In this document: positions 18,534 to 28,080 of the stretch, piece after piece
Layout of the letters: every line of letters starts with the position of its first letter
Position numbering within the stretch: the first letter of the stretch is position 1
Assembly: GCA_049472215.1 (NCBI GenBank)
Contig: JBLIRH010000002.1
Location: forward strand, 23,815-87,814
DNA length: 64,000 nt
Reading direction: 5' to 3'
Origin: Thermoplasmatota archaeon
GTDB taxonomy: Archaea; Thermoplasmatota; Penumbrarchaeia; Penumbrarchaeales; Penumbrarchaeaceae
Translations under genes and position numbers: made by a program
Notes under the pieces: generated by a model
What the model was told of the DNA's origin: nothing
What the model saw: only the letters and a program-made list of their open reading frames with translations
The model's database searches: none

Positions 18534-18905
18534 TTGGAACAAGAAAAGGATGAAGAGGTCATCATAAGTCTACCCGTTAAAAAAAGCAGCATCTCGTCGG
18601 TTGACGGGGGCATCGCCAGACTTCATACATCGCACATGGACATGTTCGAGGATGAGGAATCACACATGGTCATTGTCAGATACGGGAAGAAGGACAAGGT
18701 CGTTCGTCTTGTATCGGACAGGTTCGCACCAAAGAATGTCATCATACTCAGACAGGGAGACATGGAGGACCTTGAGGTCGACGAGGGAGACGCAGTGGAC
18801 ATCGAACCTTATCACAAGCTCAAGGACGAGCTGAAGGAGACATGGGAGAAGTTCGCCTCCAGGTTCAGAAAGAAGGATGAAGACGAAGAAGAAAAAGGTG
18901 ATTGA
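18534..18905 (+). CDS. Double-psi beta-barrel (Cdc48-N-like) protein with charged C-terminus
   Basis: TTG start. GGIARLHTSHMDMFEDEESHMVIVRYGKKDKVVRLVSD and NVIILRQGDMEDLEVDEGDAVDIEPY resemble the two halves of a Cdc48 N-terminal psi barrel (by eye only). Confidence 0.5.
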   Translation: MEQEKDEEVIISLPVKKSSISSVDGGIARLHTSHMDMFEDEESHMVIVRYGKKDKVVRLVSDRFAPKNVIILRQGDMEDLEVDEGDAVDIEPYHKLKDELKETWEKFASRFRKKDEDEEEKGD

Positions 18906-19178
18906 ATGGGAATAGGACAGAGCTTACAGGCCATCTCAGTGACCCACCCGTTATCCATCAACAGGAAGATCGATCAGTACCTCAGCGAGAAGCTGCCCTT
19001 GTTGATGGACGAATACAAGATCGCGGACCGCAACGATGTTGCGGACCTCGACAAGGAATTCGAGGGATTCGAAACCCGGATGGAGGAGATGGACAGGTGG
19101 AAGAAGAACTTCGATGAAAGACTCAGATCCGGCCGGGCAAGGCTCGATCGGCTCAAGATGAAATACGGAGTGAAGTGA
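18906..19178 (+). CDS. Coiled-coil protein, cassette paralog 1 (soluble)
   Basis: INRKIDQYLSEKLPLLMDEYKIADRNDVADLDKEFEGFETRMEEMDRW; starts immediately after the preceding stop. Confidence 0.75.
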   Translation: MGIGQSLQAISVTHPLSINRKIDQYLSEKLPLLMDEYKIADRNDVADLDKEFEGFETRMEEMDRWKKNFDERLRSGRARLDRLKMKYGVK

Positions 19179-19179
19179 G

Positions 19180-19521
19180 GTGGTTGTGATGGGTTGGGAT
19201 TGGACGACTTTCTGGTACGTACTCGTGATAGGCTTGTTGTTGGTAGCCCTTGTCCTTGTCATCATCTGGTACTTCCAGCTTTCAAGGAAAAGGAAGAAGG
19301 GACCTTCGCATATCGAACTATATTTCGATGAGAACTTCCGGGGGATAATGAGCGAATGGGACTTCCTCACCAGGGACAAGGTGAAGGATTTCAAGAAGGA
19401 CATGCTCAAGAGGCTCGGCAAGGTGGGGGGCGATATCGACGGGCTTGAAAAGAAGAAGACCTCTCTTGACAAGAGAATGACCGTACTCGAGACCAAAATG
19501 AAGGACCTGGAGGGATTTTGA
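19180..19521 (+). CDS. Coiled-coil protein with N-terminal TM helix, cassette paralog 2
   Basis: TM FWYVLVIGLLLVALVLVIIWYFQL, then HIELYFDENFRGIMSEWDFLTRDKVKDFKKDMLKRLGKVGGDIDGLEKKK. Confidence 0.75.
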   Translation: MVVMGWDWTTFWYVLVIGLLLVALVLVIIWYFQLSRKRKKGPSHIELYFDENFRGIMSEWDFLTRDKVKDFKKDMLKRLGKVGGDIDGLEKKKTSLDKRMTVLETKMKDLEGF

Positions 19522-19530
19522 GGAGGTGAC

Positions 19531-19881
19531 ATGATGACGGAATATATCGAGGAAGAGCAGGAGAAGAAGGGGTTCTTCGAATGGTTCAGGTCCCTTTTCC
19601 GGGGTAAGGAGGAAGAGGAAGGGGAGGTCCAGGAAGCTCCGAAATACAAACGAAAGCTCCTGGACGGAAGGATCGAGAAGTACCTGGACCAGAACATGGA
19701 CGCCTACATCCAGGAGTACGGCATACTCACAGGCCTTGACATCGAATCCTACGAGATGAGATATACGAGTCTCACTTCAAAGATCTCGGGAATGAAGGAG
19801 TACATGATCGACGCTGACGCCCAGATATCGGCGATGGAAAAGGAACTGGCACAGGTCCAGACCGCATCTAAAAAGAAGTAG
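19531..19881 (+). CDS. Coiled-coil protein with N-terminal amphipathic segment, cassette paralog 3
   Basis: KKGFFEWFRSLFRGKEEEE, then GRIEKYLDQNMDAYIQEYGILTGLDIESYEMRYTSLTSKISGMKEYM. Confidence 0.75.
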   Translation: MMTEYIEEEQEKKGFFEWFRSLFRGKEEEEGEVQEAPKYKRKLLDGRIEKYLDQNMDAYIQEYGILTGLDIESYEMRYTSLTSKISGMKEYMIDADAQISAMEKELAQVQTASKKK

Positions 19882-19893
19882 GAGTGGAACCGA

Positions 19894-20382
19894 ATGCTGG
19901 CAAAGCTGATAGAGGATTACAAGGTAGTGAACTCGGTCGGTAACCACGTTGGAAAGATCAAGGACATCTACATTGACCTCAACAAATGGATGATCGTTGG
20001 GTTCGAGATCTCACCGGGAGCCCTGAAGAAGGATTTCATGATAAAGGTAGAGGATGTCGTCAAGTTCGACGAGGGAGACAAGATAGTGATCGTTAACGAC
20101 GAGTTCGAGACCCTAGATGCCCCGGAACACCCGATGAGGGAGAGATATCCCTTCGACGAGCTGAAAAAACATCCGGTACTTGATTCCGATGGGGAGAAGG
20201 TGGGAAAGATCTACAACCTCGAGATACCCTTCGAGAAGCTCAGGACCTTCAAAGTATGGAAGGTTCTCATCAGGACAGGTATATCCGAGAGAAGGCTAAG
20301 ATTGAACCCTTCGGAGATCGTAGAGATAATGGACGATATCAAGCTGGCCAAGACCGAGGAAGAATATCAGGGTATCGAGTAG
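19894..20382 (+). CDS. Tandem PRC-barrel domain protein
   Basis: Two PRC-like units: VVNSVGNHVGKIKDIYIDLNKWMIVGFEIS...IKVEDVVKF and PVLDSDGEKVGKIYNLEIPFEKLRTFKVWKVLI...LNPSEIVEI. Confidence 0.8.
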   Translation: MLAKLIEDYKVVNSVGNHVGKIKDIYIDLNKWMIVGFEISPGALKKDFMIKVEDVVKFDEGDKIVIVNDEFETLDAPEHPMRERYPFDELKKHPVLDSDGEKVGKIYNLEIPFEKLRTFKVWKVLIRTGISERRLRLNPSEIVEIMDDIKLAKTEEEYQGIE

Positions 20383-20477
20383 CCTCTCACGGGTCATACC
20401 GGTCCTTGGTATGGGACTTTAACTTCGGATACGTCCCGTTCAGTTCAAGGGCCCTAAAAATGCCTAGTACTGTGAAA

Positions 20478-20486
20478 AATATATAA
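20478..20486 (+). promoter_or_regulatory. Archaeal TATA-like box upstream of the GfcR-like gene
   Basis: gaaaaatatataacg about 40 nt upstream of the start, in the intergenic gap after the PRC-barrel gene. Confidence 0.45.
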
Positions 20487-20528
20487 CGAAGATACTTCAT
20501 CCACGGTCAAATCAAAGAGGTGAACCGG

Positions 20529-21128
20529 ATGCCAACCACGGAGAAGATGATAAAACAGGTGCTGGAACTCCGGGAGAAAGGACTATCCAGGGAAGATATC
20601 GCGAAGGAGCTTCACCTGTCAGAGGAGACCGTAGGATGGCTGCTCTCACGGGGAGAGGGATCGGAGAAACCACCTGCGGACATCTATATCGGATGGAGGT
20701 CCATGGGGGTATATTCTTCGAGGCTCACGCATATGGCCAGGATCTTCTCGGACATCATTCTCGAAGAGTGCGCTAAGCATGATATGGACGTCGATGCGAT
20801 AATGGGGGTCGCCATAAACGGCATTCCGCTGGCAACCACCATCGCCAACGAGATGGACGTCGAACTGGTACTCTTCAGGCCAAAACGGGGTGAGGATACC
20901 GGTGAGGCAGTTGGATCGATCCTTTCCAATTTCGCTGGTGTTAGGGATAAGAGGGTGGTTATAGTGGATGACGTCCTATCCACCGGATCCACGATGAAGA
21001 ACGCCATCGAGTTCCTCAAGGCAAATCAGGGAGAGCCTGCCCTCTGCCTCGCGATCGTGAACAAACAGAACTTCGACCAGATAGACGGGGTACCAGTAAG
21101 GGCCCTTATAAGGACGCATGTCGTTTGA
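20529..21128 (+). CDS. gfcR: HTH + orotate phosphoribosyltransferase-like regulator (GfcR family)
   Basis: N-term HTH ELREKGLSREDIAKELHLSEETVGWLL; PRTase motif VVIVDDVLSTGSTMKNAIEFLK. Confidence 0.8.
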   Translation: MPTTEKMIKQVLELREKGLSREDIAKELHLSEETVGWLLSRGEGSEKPPADIYIGWRSMGVYSSRLTHMARIFSDIILEECAKHDMDVDAIMGVAINGIPLATTIANEMDVELVLFRPKRGEDTGEAVGSILSNFAGVRDKRVVIVDDVLSTGSTMKNAIEFLKANQGEPALCLAIVNKQNFDQIDGVPVRALIRTHVV

Positions 21129-21149
21129 GGCCGTATCCTTGGTGATCGA

Positions 21150-22724
21150 ATGCACTGGGCTGACGTTATAGCTGGAAGGCTGAAGGATTCGGGCGGTCCC
21201 CACAGGATAGCTACGGGTATTACCCCTTCGGGACACATCCACGTGGGGAACATGAGGGAGATACTCACCGGAGACCTTGTCCATCGCGCCTCCAGGGAGC
21301 TTGGTGTGGATTCGACCTTGTATTACCTTGCTGATGATTTCGATCCTCTGAGGAAGGTCTATCCGTTCCTGCCCGATGAATACTCCGATCATATTGGAAA
21401 ACCCCTTTCGGAGATACCTTCCCCTGAGGGGGGCGGGAAGACCTATGCCCAGTATTTCCTGGAACCATTCCTGGAATCGGTCGAGGAGCTGGGGATCGAA
21501 CCGGTCGTGCTCCCCTCGAGCGAGTCATACAGGGAGGGAAAATACTCCCAGGCCATTGCGATCCTTCTCGATAAAAGAGAGGAGGCAAGGGAGATCCTGA
21601 ACAGGGTGTCCGGCAGGGACCTTCCCGATGACTGGTTCCCATACAACGCCAAATGTCCTTCCTGCGGAAGGATCAGCTCCACTCAGGCCTTTGAATGGTC
21701 AGCCCCATATGTCCTTTACAGATGCAGGTGCGGTCATGAGGGGAAAGCGGATACAAGGACGGATGACGGCAAGCTCCCCTGGAGGCTGGACTGGCCGGCA
21801 AGATGGTACTGGTTGGGAGTTACCTGCGAACCCTTCGGAAAGGACCATGCGGCATCCGGCGGCTCCTACGATACTTCCTCCGAGATCATCCGCAGGATCT
21901 TCGGAAGGGAGCCCCCGATACCTGTTGTATACGAATGGATACAGCTCAAGGGAAAGGGAGCCATGTCCTCATCGAGCGGGGTCGTCGTAAGCGGTGTGGA
22001 CATGCTTAGAATGACTCCCCCGGAGGTGCTCAGGTTCCTCATAGCAAGGAACCAGCCGGCAAGGCATATCGACATGGACCCCGGTCTCGGTATACTCAAC
22101 CTGGTGGACGAGTTCGACCGTTACGAGGAGAACTTCTACAAGGATGAGAGCGGGGACGATCCCGATGACATGAAGAGGACCTATATGCTCTCGATGGTGA
22201 GCGATGCCAAGGACAGGGAGCATATGGAGCATCTTGTGAACGTTCCCTACAGACACCTTGTAACGCTCACCCAGCTTTCAACGGACCTTGACCGGATGGT
22301 CGATATGATCAAGCGGTCCGAGGGGATCGAGGAGCTGTCGGGCGCATCGCTGGAAAGACTTATCCACAGGAAAGCATGCGTCGATTTCTGGCTGGAGCGG
22401 TTCGCACCGGAGGGGGTCAGGTTCGAGCTGTACGAAGAACCTCCGCTCGAGGAGATCGAGAAGCTGAACACAGAGATGAGGGCGGCCCTCGAGGGAATGT
22501 ATCAGGACTTCCAGGGCATCCCCTGGGACGGGGAGAACATCCATAATACGATATACGAGGGTTCGAGGGCAAGAGACATCGAACCCGGGACCACTTTCAA
22601 GGCCTTCTATAGGATACTCCTGGGCAGGGACAGGGGTCCAAGGCTTGGTTTCTTCCTTTCCACGATGGAAAAGGAGGAGGTCCTGAGGAAGCTCAAGATA
22701 GTCCTCGGTAAGAATGGGAATTGA
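21150..22724 (+). CDS. lysS: Lysyl-tRNA synthetase, class I
   Basis: HIGH-like TPSGHIHVGNMREILTGDLVHR; KMSKS-like KGKGAMSSSSGVV; CPSCGRISS...YRCRCGHEG zinc motif. Confidence 0.93.
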   Translation: MHWADVIAGRLKDSGGPHRIATGITPSGHIHVGNMREILTGDLVHRASRELGVDSTLYYLADDFDPLRKVYPFLPDEYSDHIGKPLSEIPSPEGGGKTYAQYFLEPFLESVEELGIEPVVLPSSESYREGKYSQAIAILLDKREEAREILNRVSGRDLPDDWFPYNAKCPSCGRISSTQAFEWSAPYVLYRCRCGHEGKADTRTDDGKLPWRLDWPARWYWLGVTCEPFGKDHAASGGSYDTSSEIIRRIFGREPPIPVVYEWIQLKGKGAMSSSSGVVVSGVDMLRMTPPEVLRFLIARNQPARHIDMDPGLGILNLVDEFDRYEENFYKDESGDDPDDMKRTYMLSMVSDAKDREHMEHLVNVPYRHLVTLTQLSTDLDRMVDMIKRSEGIEELSGASLERLIHRKACVDFWLERFAPEGVRFELYEEPPLEEIEKLNTEMRAALEGMYQDFQGIPWDGENIHNTIYEGSRARDIEPGTTFKAFYRILLGRDRGPRLGFFLSTMEKEEVLRKLKIVLGKNGN

Positions 22725-22833
22725 CCAAGCTGTTTAATTGATACTTGTTAATGCATTATTCATATGGTAGCCTCGTCGCCTTCGAACCATAGATATATGG
22801 CTTCGCCGATATTGGCACCAGCGAGGGAAGTTC

Positions 22834-23952
22834 ATGACAAGATACAGGATCGCGGAAATGCCTGGGGACGGCGTTGGTGTCGAGGTCGTAGAGGCTGCCA
22901 AGCTCGTTCTTGACGCCGTCGGCTTCAAGGCGGAATACAGGCTTGGGGACATCGGCTGGGAGTTCTGGAAGAGCGAGGGGAATGCTCTTCCGGATAGGAC
23001 CATCGAGCTTCTTAGGAACACTGACTGCGCGCTATTCGGCGCCATCACCTCCAAGCCAAAGGACGAGGCCGCAAAGGAACTGGACCCGACCCTCATTGAT
23101 AAGGGATATGTGTACTTCTCTCCCATAGTTGGCATGAGACAGCTGTTCCAACTCCATACCAATATGCGTCCCTGCAGGTCATACACCGGCAATCCGCTGA
23201 ACGTGAAGGACGGGATCGATCTTGTCGTGTTCAGGGAGAACACCGAAGGGCTCTATGCCGGGATCGAATGGTGGCCGGTCCCGGACGAGGTTAGGGAGAC
23301 CTTCCTAAGGCATCATAAGAAATGGGGTCCTTTTCAGGAGTTCCCTAGGGAGGACGTTGCTGTTTCCCTCAGGGTCATCTCGAGGAGAGGGGCCCGGAGG
23401 ATAATCAGGTCGGGATTCGAATACGCCAGGAAGTTCAAGAAGACCAGATTGACCCTGGCAGAGAAGCCGAACGTTCTTAGGGAGACCTCCGGCCTGATGA
23501 CGAAGGTTGCCAGGGAAATGGCATCCGAATACCCGGATGTCCCGATGGACGAGGCGAACATAGACGCCATGGCGATGTGGCTTGTCAAGGACCCGGAGAA
23601 GTACCAGGTCATAGTGGCCTCCAACCTCTTCGGGGACATCCTCTCCGACCTCGGCGGGGGGCTCGTCGGGGGGCTCGGATTTGCCGCTGCAGCCAACATC
23701 GGGGATGATTATGCCGTCTTCGAACCCACACACGGCTCCGCCCCGAAATACGCGGGGCAGGGGATCGTCAACCCCATCGCGATGATACTCGCATCAAAGC
23801 TCATGCTCGATCATCTCGGAGAGACCGAGATGGGATCCGTCATCGAAGGAGCTGTCTCGGAGGTCGTCAGGGAGGGCGTGGTGAGGACAAAGGACCTGGG
23901 GGGAACGAACTCCACCATGGAGATGGCAAAGGCCATAGCTTCCAAGGTATGA
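22834..23952 (+). CDS. Isocitrate/isopropylmalate dehydrogenase family protein
   Basis: MPGDGVGVEVVEAAKLVLD, VVFRENTEGLYAGIEW, NLFGDILSDLGGGLVGGLGFAAAANIG, FEPTHGSAPKYAGQGIVNPIA. Confidence 0.92.
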   Translation: MTRYRIAEMPGDGVGVEVVEAAKLVLDAVGFKAEYRLGDIGWEFWKSEGNALPDRTIELLRNTDCALFGAITSKPKDEAAKELDPTLIDKGYVYFSPIVGMRQLFQLHTNMRPCRSYTGNPLNVKDGIDLVVFRENTEGLYAGIEWWPVPDEVRETFLRHHKKWGPFQEFPREDVAVSLRVISRRGARRIIRSGFEYARKFKKTRLTLAEKPNVLRETSGLMTKVAREMASEYPDVPMDEANIDAMAMWLVKDPEKYQVIVASNLFGDILSDLGGGLVGGLGFAAAANIGDDYAVFEPTHGSAPKYAGQGIVNPIAMILASKLMLDHLGETEMGSVIEGAVSEVVREGVVRTKDLGGTNSTMEMAKAIASKV

Positions 23953-23964
23953 AGGGGAGGTCTA

Positions 23965-24663
23965 GTGACCAGGACCGCGGATATTAAAAAAGAGGTCAAG
24001 AAGACCTACAACGTCATCGCTCCCCATTTTGCCGCAACCAGGGAAAGGGTATGGCCTCCAACCCGAAGCATCATAAATGAACTCGCTCCATGCAGAATGG
24101 GCGACCTGGGCTGCGGGACCGGCCGGGCCCTGGTTGAAGCTGCAGAGCTTGGCTGTTCCGTAACGGGGATCGATAGTTCTACCGGTCAGCTGGAGATGGC
24201 AAGGAAATTCCTTGAGAGGTCCGGACATCTGGGTGATGCCATATTGATGGAGGGGGACCTTGAAGAACTCCCTCTGGACGACGGGGTCCTTGACCTCTGT
24301 CTGATGATCGCTGCCCTCCACCACCTGCCCGACCGGAAAGCGAGGATCAGGGCGCTCGAGGAAGCTTACAGGGTGACCGCGGACGGAGGGTCCCTTCAGG
24401 TCTCGGTATGGACATGGGACCAGGAGCGGTTTCGCGAGCAACATCTTTCGAGGATCGAAGGACGAAGGGAGCCCGACGAACATGACGGCCCCCTTTCCGG
24501 GGATTTCATGGTTCCATGGAAAAAAGGGGAGGAAGCCATCAGGTTCTATCATCTCTACGGACCTGGAGAGCTTGAAGAGGAGGTCTCATCCACGGGATGG
24601 ACGCTCCTGAGGAGCTTCTTCGACGGAAGGAACCACTGGGTGGAATGCCTCAAAGCCCCCTGA
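23965..24663 (+). CDS. Class I SAM methyltransferase, Trm9/ALKBH8-like
   Basis: TYNVIAPHFAATRERVWPPTRSIINELAPCRMGDLGCGTGRALVEA (Trm9-like sATR..WP pattern, SAM motif I); LMIAALHHLPDRKARIRALEEAYRV. Confidence 0.75.
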   Translation: MTRTADIKKEVKKTYNVIAPHFAATRERVWPPTRSIINELAPCRMGDLGCGTGRALVEAAELGCSVTGIDSSTGQLEMARKFLERSGHLGDAILMEGDLEELPLDDGVLDLCLMIAALHHLPDRKARIRALEEAYRVTADGGSLQVSVWTWDQERFREQHLSRIEGRREPDEHDGPLSGDFMVPWKKGEEAIRFYHLYGPGELEEEVSSTGWTLLRSFFDGRNHWVECLKAP

Positions 24664-26833
24664 CGTTGCCGACATGACCCTCCGAGGCTCCGTCCTCCTC
24701 GAACTCTTCCGATGGCTTCTTCGGAGGTCTGTACCTGATCATGAAGAATGCGGCAACGCCCAGCACCACAAGCAGGAGGAGGATCACTATGAGGACGAAT
24801 ACCCCGGGTCCCGAACCCTTGTCTGTCTCTATGTCTATGTCGTCATCATCGTCGACCGGCTCCTGGGGATTCACCCTAAGTGTTCTCTCGGATGTTACGA
24901 TCTCCCTCCCGTCGATCTCGATCTCGAACCTGTAGGTATGGGTTCCCTTGTCGAGCTTCATGGTCCTTGTCAGGTTCATGCCGTCGATCGGGTCTCCGCT
25001 CTCGATATCGAGTGTGAACTCATCACCGTCCACCACGACCTTCTGGACGTCGGGACTTCTCCCCAGACCGTAGCGGAAATGGACGAAGAAGGTCACATCA
25101 TCCCCTTCAAAAGGTCCCTCGGGAATGTAACCGTCAAGGATGATCTGAGGATCGTAGACATCGGGACCCATCAATTCCCCGTTCCTGGGATACCGGAAGG
25201 TCGATCCGTCGATCTCTGCCAAGAAATAATAGCTGTGCGACCCTGAAGACATCATCGTCGAAGTCCTGAACTCCACTCCGGAGGAAGGATCGGTACCTTC
25301 GGTTGCCATACCATCGACCAGCTCCTCCCCGTCGTCCACGAACAGATAGACATCATCGGGCATCCTTCCCCGCGGGTCCTTCCAGTGAATGGTGAAAGTG
25401 AACAAAGTGTCGGTGTTCCCCTCCTCGAGGTCCAATGACGGGCCGTAGAGGACGGGATCCTCGGGAGAGGTGACCATCGGTCCGCTGTATTCTCCTGTCC
25501 CCGGAAGCCTCTGACCGTCAACCTCGAAATGATATGAATGGGATCCTTCAGCAAGAGTTCCAGACCAGGAATAGACCGCTCCGGACAGAATGTCCCCCGA
25601 TCCCTTCTCCATCGAGTTCCGGGACCCATCCACGAAAACGTTTACAACAGCAGGGACGTCCCCTTCAATGTCCCTGACAGTGATCCTGAATTCGAAAACC
25701 GTATCGATGTCCCCTCGTTCCGGATCGACCCCCCCCATGCTCAGCTCATGCGGATCGTCGACCGGGTTCACGATCACGGTTACCTCGGAGCTGACAGGAT
25801 CGTGCTGTCGGTCGGTAGCTGAGAGATTGAAGCTGAAGGTCCCATGCTCGTTCGCGGGAGGGACGATGACGATGCTGTCGCCGTCGATGTCCACCTCGAG
25901 GGGGGCGGTATCACTTGCGGAGTAGTCAAGTGCGTCACCGTCCGGATCGGTGAAGTAGAGGTTGGGGTCCAGGTCAGAATATACCTCGTCCTCGTCGATG
26001 GTGATGTCGGGGATCTCGGAAGCGACAGGGGGGCTGTTATCACCCGCGGTCTTCAGGACCAGCTCCTGGACCAGAACGTTACCTTCCCCGTAGGGGGCAT
26101 AGGTCTCCCACTTCACCCACCAGCCGACCGCGTCGGAATAGTAGAGGGTGGAGTTGTGAACGGTCTCCATCCCCTCCGTTTCCTTCATCTCCTTTACCAC
26201 GTAGACATCATGTATCGTGCCCCCCAAACTCAGGGTGGTCTGGTTGGAGCAGTACCTCCAGTGTACGTAGGTCTCGTCCGAGGTTCCCGAATCTATCGTC
26301 GATCCTCCCGATGTCAATGTCCATGAAGTTATGGACCTTACTTCATCGGTCCACGATGTCTGGGGGGCATCGGATCTCAGTGGGAACTTCACCCATCGGA
26401 AGTATGGGAGATCTATATCCGTCGAAGAGCTGTTCGTTCCGGAGATCCCGGATCCATCGACCACGCGGGTCAGCTCCCTCGTCGACCTGACCATCGAGAG
26501 GTCGTCCTGCTTGTAATACGCCTCCCATGTCCCGGATTCGTCTCCTGTGCCGTCCGGAGTGACGAACTCTCCCGTGATCGTGCCCGATACCTTGAAGATA
26601 TCCATCGAGTTCCATATGCCCGTGGCAACGCTCGCCGTCTGGACCCCGGTTCTGCTCGAGGTACCGTCCGGGCTCCATTCACTGTAGGACCATTCGAGAT
26701 AGGTCCCCTGCTGGAGCGAGGGGGCGTCTATCTTTCTGGACGGGGGTCCCGAAAAAACCATCGGTGATATCATGGTAAGCATGAACAGGGATACTGCTAG
26801 AAGCGCGAGGAGCCTCTTCCCCGACGGTTGCAT
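24650..26833 (-). CDS. Large secreted cadherin-like protein with C-terminal TM
   Basis: Signal peptide LLALLAVSLFMLTMISPMVFS; VASEIPDITIDEDEVYSDLDPNLYFTDPDGDALDYSASD; TM GPGVFVLIVILLLLVVLGVAAFFMI. 3' end overlaps the convergent Trm9-like gene by 14 nt. Confidence 0.85.
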   Translation of the reverse strand: MQPSGKRLLALLAVSLFMLTMISPMVFSGPPSRKIDAPSLQQGTYLEWSYSEWSPDGTSSRTGVQTASVATGIWNSMDIFKVSGTITGEFVTPDGTGDESGTWEAYYKQDDLSMVRSTRELTRVVDGSGISGTNSSSTDIDLPYFRWVKFPLRSDAPQTSWTDEVRSITSWTLTSGGSTIDSGTSDETYVHWRYCSNQTTLSLGGTIHDVYVVKEMKETEGMETVHNSTLYYSDAVGWWVKWETYAPYGEGNVLVQELVLKTAGDNSPPVASEIPDITIDEDEVYSDLDPNLYFTDPDGDALDYSASDTAPLEVDIDGDSIVIVPPANEHGTFSFNLSATDRQHDPVSSEVTVIVNPVDDPHELSMGGVDPERGDIDTVFEFRITVRDIEGDVPAVVNVFVDGSRNSMEKGSGDILSGAVYSWSGTLAEGSHSYHFEVDGQRLPGTGEYSGPMVTSPEDPVLYGPSLDLEEGNTDTLFTFTIHWKDPRGRMPDDVYLFVDDGEELVDGMATEGTDPSSGVEFRTSTMMSSGSHSYYFLAEIDGSTFRYPRNGELMGPDVYDPQIILDGYIPEGPFEGDDVTFFVHFRYGLGRSPDVQKVVVDGDEFTLDIESGDPIDGMNLTRTMKLDKGTHTYRFEIEIDGREIVTSERTLRVNPQEPVDDDDDIDIETDKGSGPGVFVLIVILLLLVVLGVAAFFMIRYRPPKKPSEEFEEDGASEGHVGNVRGL

Positions 26834-26927
26834 GCGGATGAAATCATTACAGATGATATTAACGCTTTCGGGCTGTAAGTGAAAGCATCGATGGATTTAA
26901 GGAGCGTTCCGCTTTTCGGAGGGACCG

Positions 26928-28073
26928 ATGAAAAAGCTCGGCTTCGTCGTGAACCCAATAGCAGGCATGGGCGGGAAGGTCGGTCTCAAAGGCACCGACG
27001 GCGTTGTCGAGGAAGCGATATCGATGGGAGCCGAACCTCGTGCGCCGGATCGGGCTCTGGAGGCCTTGATCAGGCTCCGGGAGGCGTTCACACGCCACCG
27101 TCTCAAGGAAGACATACTGTGGCTTACCGCTGGAAATGAAATGGGAGAGAACGAACTGGTCTCACTTGATGTGAACGAGTGGAACATCAGAAGGGTCCAC
27201 ACACCAAGCGACCACACGACAGCTGAGGATACAAGGGAATTCGTGAGAAAGGCGATCGAAGAGGGAGCCGAGCTCATTGTCTTCTGCGGAGGGGACGGAA
27301 CGGCAAGGGACGTGTTCGAAGCTGCGGGGAAGAACCCGATCTTCGGGATCCCCTCCGGTGTGAAGATGCATTCCGGGGTGTTTGCTATCGATCCGGTCAC
27401 TGCGGGGGAGCTTCTGGAGTTCTATATCCGGGGGGAGATGACCACGGGGGAAGGCGAGATCATGGACCTGGACGAGGAAAGGTACAGGAAGGGGGATTGG
27501 AACATCAGGTTGTACGGGATCGCCACGACGCTGTACGAGCCCGCTTTCATTCAGACGGGAAAGTTCATGATGGCCGAGCAGGAGGTCGCAACATTCCTCG
27601 AGGAGATCGCGGATGACATCGCGGAGCGGATGGAGGAAGAGCCCGGGTCCGTTTTCATACTGGGTCCTGGGGGGACCCTGGAATCAATAGGCGAGAGGAT
27701 CGGGATCGACAAGACCCTTCTGGGAGTAGATGTCGCCAGGGGGATCGAGCAGATAGGAAAGGACTGCGGAGAGAAGAAGCTGCTTTCTATCCTGGATGAT
27801 CTACCGGAAGGGACACCGGTCTATCTCGTCGTCTCCCCGATAGGTGGGCAGGGCTTCTTCCTTGGAAGGGGGAATCTTCAGGTCAGCCCCGAGATCATCC
27901 GGAGGATCGGTCTGAGGAACATAATTATCGTTTCCGTCCCACAGAAACTTGACATGACCGATGCCCTGAGGATCGATACGGGGGACCACCTGCTGGATAT
28001 GGAGATCAGAAAGGCAGGGAGCCTCAAGGTCCTCACAGGCTACAGGACATACAGACTTAAGAAAATTAAATAA
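26928..28073 (+). CDS. ATP-NAD kinase family protein
   Basis: KKLGFVVNPIAGMGGKVGLKGTDG; ELIVFCGGDGTARDVFEA; GIPSGVKMHSGVFAIDP. Confidence 0.85.
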   Translation: MKKLGFVVNPIAGMGGKVGLKGTDGVVEEAISMGAEPRAPDRALEALIRLREAFTRHRLKEDILWLTAGNEMGENELVSLDVNEWNIRRVHTPSDHTTAEDTREFVRKAIEEGAELIVFCGGDGTARDVFEAAGKNPIFGIPSGVKMHSGVFAIDPVTAGELLEFYIRGEMTTGEGEIMDLDEERYRKGDWNIRLYGIATTLYEPAFIQTGKFMMAEQEVATFLEEIADDIAERMEEEPGSVFILGPGGTLESIGERIGIDKTLLGVDVARGIEQIGKDCGEKKLLSILDDLPEGTPVYLVVSPIGGQGFFLGRGNLQVSPEIIRRIGLRNIIIVSVPQKLDMTDALRIDTGDHLLDMEIRKAGSLKVLTGYRTYRLKKIK

Positions 28074-28080
28074 AAAAAAA

